NCBI GenBank assembly: GCA_951406725.2
Contig: OX597834.1
Span: 35,216,001 to 35,280,000 of the forward strand
Source: Octopus vulgaris
Lineage: Eukaryota
Length of the DNA: 64,000 bases
Direction: 5' to 3'
Shown here piece after piece: positions 22,001-33,624 of the stretch. Numbering within the stretch: the stretch's first letter is position 1; every line of letters starts with the position of its first letter. The notes beneath the pieces are model-generated. The model was not told the DNA's origin. It saw only the letters and a list, made by a program, of their open reading frames with translations, and searched no databases. Both the position numbers and the translations under genes were made by a program.

Positions 22001-22537
22001 ACCACAGAGGTAGATCCGCAGTTAATGTGTACGTCCTATGAAGGCAACAAACTTCGGCATTAAATTATCAAATTTACTTGTGAAATAGGTTTGAAATATT
22101 ATTAAAATTTAAATTGAATTTTTTTTCAATTAAGAAAAATATATTGAATACTTGCTTTATTTTAATATTTTAGCAGAGAATATAATCTAAATTTGTCCTG
22201 AAGGTGAAGGTTAGAGAAGAAGTGTGAGTACGAACGGAAAAGATGGGAGAGAGAGAGGAAGGGAGGAAAGAAGAAAGTGAGGGAGAGATAAGGAGGGAGA
22301 ATGAAATAGAGAGAGAGTGGGCAGACAAAGAGGAAGAGAGATGCACAACAGCGGAGGAGGAGGCAGTAAAGGAAGTAGAGGAAGTGACAGAGTAAAAAAC
22401 TCGAGGGAGAGGGAGAGAGAAAAAAGTAGACTGACATTGAGTGAGAGAGAGTGAGAGAGAGAGAGTGTGAGGGAGAAAGAGAAGTTAGGATTTCTGACAA
22501 CTTTGGGACAGTTTCTGTGTAAAATACCGGTCAAACT

Positions 22538-22591
22538 ATGAGTAGCGAGGATCACTCTAATCTTACCGAAGCTAACAATGGCAAAACAAAG
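22538..22591 (+). CDS. putative exon 1 of small acidic protein (SMAP/C11orf58-like)
   Basis: aactATG MSSEDHSNLTEANNGKTK|gtaggt, phase 0, divergent from RPL36A; N-terminal length fits SMAP; link to exon 2 is inferred. Confidence 0.55.
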
Positions 22592-23363
22592 GTAGGTGCC
22601 TGGCTATATTTGGCATATTTTTCACCATTTCACATTTTCAGATTTTTCTGTAGCTTTCAAAGAGAAGCTTTATGAAAGAAAAAAAAAAAACTAAAAAAAA
22701 AAGCGGAGCAAAGCTCGTTCTCTCTCTGGACCCTGTCTTCTCTCTGTCTCTCTTTGGAACCCTTCCTTTATTTGTCTCTCTCCAGACTCTCTCTTTCTCT
22801 CTATACCCTGTCTTCTCTGTTTCTCTTTTTCTGGACTCCTCTCTGTCTCTCTAGCACTCTTTCTTTCTATCTTTCTCTCGCTGGAGCCCTTCCTTGTCTC
22901 TCTTTCCCTCTGTCTTGGAACTATTCTCTCTGAACCATTCTTCTTCTGTCTTTCTCTGTCTCTCTTCTCTAAAATCCATTCTCTAAAACCATTTCTCTTT
23001 CTATCGCTCTTCTCTGTATCTTCTCTCTTCGCTCTCTCTTAATTTCTTCCCCGCTCTTTCATTCCAATCTCTTCATTAATCTACAATTTATTTACAACTC
23101 ACCATTATTTATTCTCAAGCTTCTAATTTTCTCTAAGATCGAATAAAACCCCAACTTTTGGCTGAACACAATTCCAACCGCTTTTTTAAAAAAAATCTCT
23201 TTTGTTTTTCTGGAGGATCCCTTTACTTTAAACAAACAATAAAAATAAACGGTTTGGATTTAGATTTAAGAAATAAATCGGGGGGGAAAAAAAGGCGGGT
23301 TAAAGAAATTAAATTAAGTCTGAAATATACGTGTAGATAAAAAGCAAACAAAAAGTTCTCACG

Positions 23364-23400
<37 letters not shown>

Positions 23401-26400
23401 CAAAGGAAAAAAAATTCCTCTTCAAACCTCAGTAGCAACAAACAACGACGACCGCAAGCAATACACTAATTAATCTGTCTTAATAGATTTTAATCCATTG
23501 TTTACAAGTGAGTAACTATTAAGTCTCTCTTCTGATCCATCCATTCAATAATAACGTTTTGAAGAAGAAACAAAGGCGGATGGACCCGTCGTCACCAACC
23601 AACTTGGCTGCCTTCCTTTTTTCTCTTTGTTTCCATACATTTCGCTTCTCTTTTTTTTTTCGCCTTCAACAATTAACGAAAGCACCATGTCTATCTATCT
23701 ATTTAATATACTACATCTCCTCATTATCTCACTAATTCTTCTTCTCACCTCCCCCTTTGTTTATTTCATTTTTATTTTTCTACTACTATATTAGTGGAGC
23801 ACTTCTTAAAAACACTTAACTCTCTCTGTTCTACTTCCTAAATCCGGCATTCTCTTTTCACTTTTCTATTTTTATCTATTCCTTCATTCTTCTACTTTAT
23901 CTACCTATTTGTTTTTTTTATTTTACCTCTCTGTCTCTCTCGATTCATCTCTTTCACGCTTCGCGCTCTATCAATGTGTGTATGTGCGTACCTGCATGCT
24001 GTAATAGTGTTTATAGCCTCAGGTCAAACTCAGAGAGAGCGAGCAAACCTATGATCAAAGGCATTCCAGCCTTGACCATCTTTCCCCCAAGACTATTGTA
24101 TACACAGAACATTATTATCCAACGCGCCCTTCTGTTTTGATCTTGTTTGTTTGTTTAAGCAGTAAGAGTTAGATTCGTGGGCGGGTGGACATAGCTGTTA
24201 TTTCTAGCAGACCGAGCTTCTCTACACAGCGGCTCGCTAGTTGGATATTGTTGTTTGTGGAAGAGCGAATCTGGGCGCCAAAAGCAGCAATACTTGATGC
24301 TTATATGTCTCCTACCACCACACCACATATAATATAATGACAATGCAGTGAAATCAAACGATCTTTCTCCATATAGCACTCACTCGTCCCCCCCCCCTTT
24401 TCCTTCTCTCTGCCTGTTTTTTTTCTTCTGCTTCTCTCTCTCTCTCTATTCCTCCTCCATACAGTTTTAATTCCAGCACCGACTAGCCATGTCAGTCGGC
24501 TTTGTTAGAATAGAGATTACCCACTCCTATAACGAACTGATAGAGAGAAGGGAAGCTTTCCACATAGAGACAGACACACACGCATTATATATATATATAT
24601 ACATACACACATATATATTCATTACGTGTATGCATGTGCGTATACAATGTGCAATATAAGTCATATTTCTGAGACGTGTCTTCGTAAAATCTAGACACAA
24701 TATCGCTTCTCCTTTCGCCAAACGAGTGAAGCCTTTGTTTCTTGTGTGTAATATTTTCGTTGCTGTTACCATTCTGCTTGCTGGCTTACTTTTCCTATAA
24801 GCCGTATAATTTTTATTTGAAAATAGCGCCTGTATAAGTTTCTGAAGTTTGCATTTATATCTGGCTTTCTTCTTCTTTTCCCCACCATCATATCGCGCAC
24901 CGCCTTTTAAATAAGACCACGGTACGAGACGAGGACTTCCACGTGGTCGGTCGATTTCGTTAAAAATAGCAGCCAGGTAGCCCTTCAACTCACGCTTATC
25001 GCCTTCGAAAATAGGGAGGGCACATTGGATAATGTAGTCCTAGAAATTAACCATTATATATAAATAAAAAAGTAATCTGCTGGATCATATATGTATATAT
25101 ATATATATACAGTTGCTAAACAATAGCAACTGTATATTGCTAACAAATAGAACCGCTTATACAAACCATTCAAGCTATCAGAAACAATAGACTAATCGCC
25201 CTCAAATCACTACCTACTGTTTTTCAAGAACGAAGGACACGTTAGATAATTTAGAGTAAAATCCGAAGAAACTGGTTCTGTATATACTATGTTTGAATAA
25301 AAGACGGGATTGTCACGGCTAGAAGACTTTTAGTCATAAGGTTCACCCAAGGATGTCAACTGGATAAGACAACAACAAACACGTTATATTCTTCGAAATT
25401 TACCCATTCTTCAAATATTCTATAAGCAGTCGATTTGTACAGCGTGACTGCTTGTGTGTGTGTGTGTATGTATGTATAGATGTACACAAGCGTATTATGT
25501 TCATCTGTGTGTGACGCGAACCAACAAAGAAGTCTGTGTGCCCGTTCAGCCCTGTTAGGAGCAGCAGTTAAATTTCCCTTCATCACGTTATACCATTTTA
25601 AAACCAGAAGGGATAACGTTTTGATAATGTGGTTCTTGATGAACTATCCTTCAAAATATGTTAGGATGGTCATTGCTCGTATACTTTTAAGTCCGCTCGA
25701 CTAGTACTGACCTGGAGGGTTGGCTGTACAACAAGTTTTAAATATATAACTTGTTTCCTTCAGCCTTACGCGCACTTACGCAGCATATCTTAGAAATAAT
25801 TCAGTTTTTGTTTTTTTTTTATCGATTCTTCTGTTTATCTCAGACTCTTATTTCTGAATATTTCCTTCTCCTTACTCGAAAATATATTTACTTTTTGCCT
25901 ATTTTCTAAAACGACTGCCTCATAACGAGGGAATCCTTAATTAGGGTTTAGGAATCTTTCAGTGTTAGAAACGATTGCAACTTTGCATGTGTGGGGCGCG
26001 CATTTATGTTGGGGGAAAATAACGACGCTTTAATTTTACAAATTTATAGGTGTGCAAACTGAATTAAATTAGTGTTTCCGATTTAGGGTTTAAACAATTA
26101 TTTTTTTTTATATTGGGGTTTTAGAAACTCTGCCAATGAGGAGGTTTTTATGCAAACGTGGGGAAGGTTCTTCCATTCCGGCTCTATATGGTTTGTTAAC
26201 CTAGAACTAGGAGTCGAGTCTCGCTTAAATCACTTTCTTTTTTGAAAAAAGCAATTGAATTGTTATTTAATAGCACTAATGCCCAGAAAGAAAATAATAC
26301 AGGGCAGTCAAGGCTGTATTGCCTTTGGTTATAGGTTTGCTTAATCAGTGATGGCCAAATTGTACATTAAAGTTTAATATATTTAGGGTCCTATATATGA

Positions 26401-28428
26401 ATGGAATTATACAAAGGGACTAAAATTAGTAGAGTTGCTGATATTATTCACACTTTTTGTGTGAATCATTATCAACGATTAGAAATTGATCTGGCTTTAA
26501 TATATTCTCCTAAATCCCTCCCTTCGTATAATAATGTGACCCGGTGTCTAATGTTCCTTACAGTGTCGGGTAAAATACCTCTTTTGCGGTATTTAGTTAC
26601 AGCTCTTTATATTCAGAGTTCAAATCGCATCGGTGTCGGTATTGGTTTTCATCCCATGGGGGATGTATATCGAATACGGATAAAGTTGCTAATCAAATTA
26701 CTGAAGGTATTGATTTCAAACCGGCACCATTCTCCCTCCAAAATATGTGTGGTCTTATCTTTGAAAGAGAGCATTATTTTCATTATTATAAGGCGGCGAG
26801 CTAGCAGAATCGTTATAGCGCGCCGGGCAGTCCGTGTTTAGCCCGGAGTCAACTTTGCCTTTCATCCCTTCTGGTTCGATAAAATAAGTACCGGTTGAGC
26901 ACTGGGGTCGATGTAAACTATTTAACCCAACCCCACCCCGAAATTGCTGGCCTTGTTCCAAAATTTGAGACCATTATTATAAAGGCCAGCTAACGGAATT
27001 GTTAGAGCGTCGGAAAAATACCTTTTGGTATTTCTTTCGGCTCTTTACGCTCTTGAGTTAAAATCCCTGCGAGACCAACTTTGTCTTTTATCCTTCTGGG
27101 GTCGATATAATAAAGTACCTGTCTAGTACTAGGGTCAGTGGCCTCGATTAACCACTTCCCATCAAAATAGCTGGCCTTTTGCCTAAGTCAGTAGCCATTA
27201 AATAAAGGGCGATGGATATTCAAAATCGTTAGAGCATCGTGGTGAGGGGATGCTTTGCGGCATTTATCTTCTTTTACTATTTGAACTCAAATCCTGCCGA
27301 GCCCAACTTTGCCTTTCATTCCTCTGGGGGTCGATAAAATAAAGTGTTAATCTACTTCTGGGTCAATTGTATCGATTAAGCCTTTTCTCTCGAAATCGTG
27401 TCTTAATCGGGAATCGTTATTTATGCAGGCTTATAACATTCTGAGTTCAGATTCCGCCGAAGTCAATTTTGGCTTCAATCAAATACAGTCAGTTTTGATT
27501 TTTGCCCTTTCAGGGGCACATAAAAGTACCACTTATGTACAGGGCTCGATATCGATTGACCCTCTCCCCACAAAATTACTGGCCTCGTTTCCTAAATAAA
27601 TAAAAAAAATTACTCTCTTAATTATCATTAAAGTGGCAAGCTGGCAGAGTCGATGGCACATCGGACAAAATGCTTAGCGGCATTTCTTCTAGGTCTTTTG
27701 CGTTCTAAGTTCAAATCCCAACGACGTCAGTTTTGCTTTTAATCCTTTCGGGGTCGATGAAATAAGCACTAGTCGAGCAGTGGAGTCGATGTAATTGACT
27801 AATCCCTCTCCTCGAATTTCAATCCTTATGCCTGCCTATAACAGAAAGAATTATTTATTTATTTATATGACTCAAAAGAACTCGATATGATGAGTCAAAA
27901 AGAAACCATTTATGATTTATTGATGTTGGGAGAACGTGAAGTTTATTCAACAGACTCATGAACGAATTATGCCACTTCACATTTCCAACTAAACATGTCT
28001 TCGTCTTCTAAGCTACGCCGTCATCACTCCACCTGCAATCTCGCTAAAAATAGCAGTCAAATCTTTCTCAAATCACACCCTCCTGTCTTAATAATAATGT
28101 TATACCGAAGGCAAAACATTGCCAACAATAATAATAGTAATAAAGAAGGAGGCATTGGATAAAGCAGACCTAGGTACACAATGTCGATCTATTTCTGTAT
28201 AACAAAAATCGGGTTGGTCATAGCTGGAACGTCTTTGATTTGAATCGACTTGGTGTGTGTGTGTGTGTTGAGGCCTAAACAATATACCGACATTTTTTTT
28301 TAAAGAGAATTTTTCATTTCGAACCATTTAACCTCAATCTTCCTTCCGTGTGTGTTTGTTGCACCGAATGAAACGATGGCAGACAAACAGGCAGGCAGAC
28401 AGACAGCGCCTACACACACACAGACACA

Positions 28429-28467
<39 letters not shown>

Positions 28468-28545
28468 ACTTCCTGGCACACACAGACATATACATATGTA
28501 TATAGTAGATACATACACATATATATAGTTACATACCTATATATT

Positions 28546-28581
<36 letters not shown>

Positions 28582-29233
28582 ATGAGAGAGATTCGCAGAC
28601 ACAGTTTACGTGCATGCAATACACAGTGATGGCTCCTCTCTATCACCTTCTCTCTTTTTCTCTCTCTCTCTCTCTCTTCTTCACTTGTGTAGGAGCTGTG
28701 AAATTCTTACATTTTACACACACACACACACATCAAAGCCAAAGTATCTCATTTTTAGAAATCTCCGATTTTGGCGGGTGTCGATCGTTTTTTTCCTTTT
28801 CCTTTCCTTTAATTTTTTTTTCGGTTTATATCACTGCCTGCCTCTTGCCTGCTTGCTTATCCTCCCGCTGCTGCTGATCAGCGCACTCATCGTGGTGGTG
28901 GTGGTGGCGGTGATGGTAATAATAAATTATGAGTTGATCTGTTTCTAACAAATCGATCGAGCTGCTGTCGTCGTGGTCGTCGTCAGAACCTACCTATGAA
29001 CTTCTCTCATCTAAAAGTGGGTCAGCACAAAAGCAAAGAAGTGGCACCTTTGTCTCGCGCTCTCTCTCTTAATCGCAAACACACACTTTAAAACAACCAA
29101 GCACTGGCCTAGCTTCTCTCTCTTTTATTTCCATTATTTTTAGCGAACAGAGTCGGATGATTTCAATAAAAAGCACGCTTGCATTACCATACGTATATCC
29201 TCACACACACAAATGTAATTATACACACACACC

Positions 29234-29235
29234 TC

Positions 29236-29266
<31 letters not shown>

Positions 29267-29279
29267 CTATCTATCTGTC

Positions 29280-29310
<31 letters not shown>

Positions 29311-29357
29311 CTATCTGTCTATCTATCTACCTACCTACCTACCTACCTATCTATCTA
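29234..29357. repeat. (TATC)n/(TACC)n microsatellite
   Basis: direct reading. Confidence 0.95.
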
Positions 29358-32224
29358 AATATACACACACACATACTTATACCACATAATATACTTCTAA
29401 ATTTTATTATTTCGCTTACGCTGAGCGACACGCACACACGCAGAGAACTATTTCATTGAGCTCTTTGCTAAACTACTATGCGAAGAAATATTCTTATATC
29501 TACGCAATATTAATTCTTGCACGCACACACATATATAGACACGGTTTTATTTCTGTGACTTGTATCATAAGCAATTAAGATTTTAAAAATATATATATAT
29601 TATGGAGGAATATCCAAGTTGTCATCAATACATATTCATATTTTCACCGAGGTCGACTTTGCCTTTCATCCTTTCGGGGTCGATAAATTAAGTACCAGTT
29701 ACGCACTGGGGTCGATGTAATCGACTTAATCCATTTGTCTGTCCTTGTTTGCCCCTTGTGGGTAATAAAGAAACACATACATATTCATATTTTTCCCTCT
29801 TGATTTTTAAGTTAATTTTATATATATATAGTCTTTTTTTCTGGGAACGGAATTTCTGCCTTTGGTTCTTGTTAAATGGTAAATTTCTTCCACAAAGAAC
29901 TGCAAATTTGGTCATCAAGTAAAATCTCTGTCTGTGGTTTATTGTTTGATATAGATCTTCACATCTTCACAAACACTACACTTGATAGAAATAAATATAT
30001 TTCCGTGTCGACAACCAAAAGAATATTTGATATATTCAGCGCAATGCTAACGACCTTTTCTTGTGGGTGTTTTTCTTGTCTTTTTTTTTACACTAAATTG
30101 TCATTCTTTACTAAAAGTGATTGTGTGTGTGTGTAGTACGAGTATGTATATGTAGTATGCGTGTGTGTATGTACATATATTGTATGCGCGTATATGTTGT
30201 ATGTTTCTATGTTTATGCACGTATATGTATATAGGTCTGTATGTATGTATGTATGCATATGCGTGTGTGTGTATGCATATATGTGTGTGTGTGTGCGCGC
30301 GCTCACACGAAGAAAGATCGTTATTTCAATTGCTGTACTGAATTTTAAATCAATATCTTAACAATTTAAGCTTTTATGAGAGACAAGAAAATTCGTCGAA
30401 ATATTTAGATGAAGATATAATTTACTTGTCGGTTTATGATCACAAATTGAAAATGGAAAATTATCGTTAAGTGATCGGTTATTGATATTTTGGAAAGGAT
30501 TTTTTCCTCTCTCTCTCTTTCTCTCAGAAATGTAATCTTTGTTTAAAAAAAAAACGTGTATCCCCTCCCCATCCAAAGAAAGATATAAAAAAAAAAAACC
30601 GAATAAATAATAATAAAGATGATAATTCTTTCTGCTGTAGACACTAGGACTGGAATTTGGGGCCGGGGGCCGGGGTCGATTACATCGACCTCAGTGCTTG
30701 AGTCGTATTTTTATTTTATCGATTTCGAAAGGATGCAAAGCTATGTCGATCTCAGGGGCACTTGAACTCGTAAAGACGAGCGAAATGTCGCTGGGCATAA
30801 TAGTAATAATAATAATGATAATAATAATCGTTTCTACTGGAAGCACAAGGCCTCAAATTTGGGGGAAGGGATTAACTCGATTACATCGGCTCCAGTGCGT
30901 AACTGGTGCTTATTTAATTGACCCCAAAAAGATGAAAGGCAAAGTCAACCTCGGCTGAATTTGAACTCAGAACATAGCGGCAGACGAAATACAGCTAAAC
31001 ATTTCGCCCGGCGTGCTAACGATTCTGTCAACTCGCTGCATAACAACAACAACAATAATAATAATAATAATCCTTTCTACTAAAGGCACAATTAAGATTA
31101 GGCATAATTAGGAGCTAAATTAGGCCTGAAATTTTGGGGAAGAGGTTATGTCGATTACTTTGACCCCAGTACGGAACTGGTACTTAATTTATCGATCCCG
31201 AAAGGATGAAAGGCAAAGTCGACCTCGGCAGAATTTGAACTCAGAGCGTAACGGCAGACGAAATACGGCTACGCATTTCGCCCGGCGTGCTAACGTTTCT
31301 GCCAGCTCGCCGCCTTGTCGACCCCGAAAGAACGAAAGGCGAAGTCGATCTCGGCGACATCTCAATAATAATAGTAATGATGATTATTTTTTCTAATGTT
31401 GGCACAAGGCCAACAATTTTGAGGATGTGTTTAGTCGATTATATTGATCCCAGTGCATAACTAGGTCTTTATTTTATTGATCTTGATAGGAACAGAAAGA
31501 CTAAGTCGACCCCGGCGAAGTTCGAACTCAAAACGTAAAGCCGGACGAAATGACATTAAGCATTTTATCAGACGCACTAACGATTACTAGTAATAATAAT
31601 AATAATGATATTAGAAACAAAAAAATTGAGGGTGTTGGAGAAGAAAAATTTGGAAAGATGTCTTTCTTTTTAAAATTTTTTCTTCCCTCTCCGGAAAATC
31701 GTAATTTCCGTTTTTGAAGACATGAATTAAAAAACAGAAAAATGAAGAAAGAAAAAGAATGGTAAGAGTTGCCTCTTCGACACGTTCGCTTGGACATTAC
31801 CAAAGAATATCAATATTCCCTACTTTCAATTTGTGGCCAAAACCCGAAAGAATGCCGAGTCGTTCAAATTTCTAGATTATACTTTAGAGAAGAGAGATTT
31901 CTTGACAAATGAATGCGTGGATATGATTTGAATGTGTGTGTAACTGGTTTTAAATATTTGAAAATGTGTGTGGAGAGAGAGAGAGAGAGAGTACGTGTGT
32001 ATATTTATACACACACACAGAGAATGTGTATATATACATATTGAGATAGTGCGTGCGTGTGTGTAGAGAGAGAGTTTTTGTAGTTTTGAATGCTTTCGTG
32101 TGTATACACACACACAGCGTGTATGTATAGTTTTTGTTGTTTTGATCGTGAGGAGAATATGTAAACTATTTGTGTATCTTTGTATAAAGTGCTTGTGTAT
32201 GTGGTTCTGTTTTTGTAGTTTTTA

Positions 32225-32255
32225 GTATGTGTATATGTATGTATATGTATATATG

Positions 32256-32309
<54 letters not shown>

Positions 32310-32484
32310 TATATGTATGTATATGTATATATGTATGTATATGTATATATGTATGTATATATATATGTATATATATATGTATATATATATATGTATATAT
32401 ATATATGTATATATATGTGTATATATATATGTATATATATATATGTATATATATATATGTATATATATATGTGTGTGTGTGTAT
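32225..32484. repeat. compound (TA)/(TATG) microsatellite
   Basis: direct reading; source of the YI/MY low-complexity ORFs. Confidence 0.95.
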
Positions 32485-33279
32485 GAGTTCATTTTGTACT
32501 GTCTTTGTAGTTCTGAATGTGTGTGTGTGTTATCTCAGATTTCCACAGCAGAGAAAAGCGATCAGGTTCTTAAGGCGATCAATAAAGATGTTAAGGAACA
32601 ATCTATTTCATCCTAAGATGTTGTTCACACACACAACACAACCCCACGCCGCCCTCCACAGCACCGCCGCACCATTCCCGTACTGTGTTTCATCACACTT
32701 CACAACGGCTTATATACTACATTACGTTGCATAAGGAGCCCGAATATGGTCAATAGAACTGTTAAAAATAGCTGCTAAATCCTACCTCAAACCACATCCG
32801 ACCGTCTTAAAACAAGAAAGGAAACACTGAACATCGTACCCCAAGATGTGAAAAAATCTTTAGAAGCAGGGGTGGTCGGTGAAAGTAAAGAATACGTACA
32901 CCCGGTGTTTAGGGTTTAGGGTTACGCCTAAAGCGGGTGGTGTACGTATTCTTGACCTCCGTCGGAATGATCAAGTCTAGAATAACTTTGACCATAGGGT
33001 CTCCTCAATACATGTTAGAAATAGCAGGCAAATTCCTGCATATCACACTCTACTGCTTTAAATAAGGAAAAGGCTTTAAATAATATTCTACAGGCTGGTT
33101 GGTCACTATTGGAATGCTGTTGCAATAATAACGTAGTTTTATTGGATTAGACAAACAACACACTATATCAACAGCGTTGTTGATGATGTCAATTGTATAT
33201 ATTCACACACCTTCATTGAACTTATTCTTTACCACCAGTTCTCCAAACTTTGTAGTAAAATACATACATATATATATGA

Positions 33280-33624
33280 CTGGCACCCGGCAGATGCCAG
33301 GACCCCTGGACTGGTGGTACGTAAAAAGCACTATCTGAATCGTGGCCGATGCCAGCGCCGCCTTGACTGGCTTCCGTGTCGGTGGCACGTAAAATGCACC
33401 AATCCAACCGTGGCCGATGCCAGCCTCGCCTGGCTCCAGTGCAGGTGGCACGTAAAAAGCATCCACTACACTCACGGAGTGGTTGGCATTAGGAAGGGCA
33501 TCCAGCTGTAGAAACATTGCCAGATAAGACCGGGGCCTGGTGCAGCCTTCTGGCTTCCCAGATCCTCGGTCGAACCGTCCAACCCATGCTAGCATGGAGA
33601 ACGGATGTTAAACGATGATGATGA
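33280..33624 (+). mobile_element. abundant SINE/LINE 3'-end family ending in (GAT)n (also ~2537-2755, 9090-9295, 34950-35123, 60343-60527)
   Basis: shared GGAAGGGCATCCAGCTGTAGAAAC...CAACCCATGCTAGCATGGA...GTTAAACGATGATGATG. Confidence 0.8.

Noticed and set aside
32166-32734. ORFs of 85-155 aa rich in Y/I/M/C
   Set aside because: Translations of a (TA)/(TATG) microsatellite.
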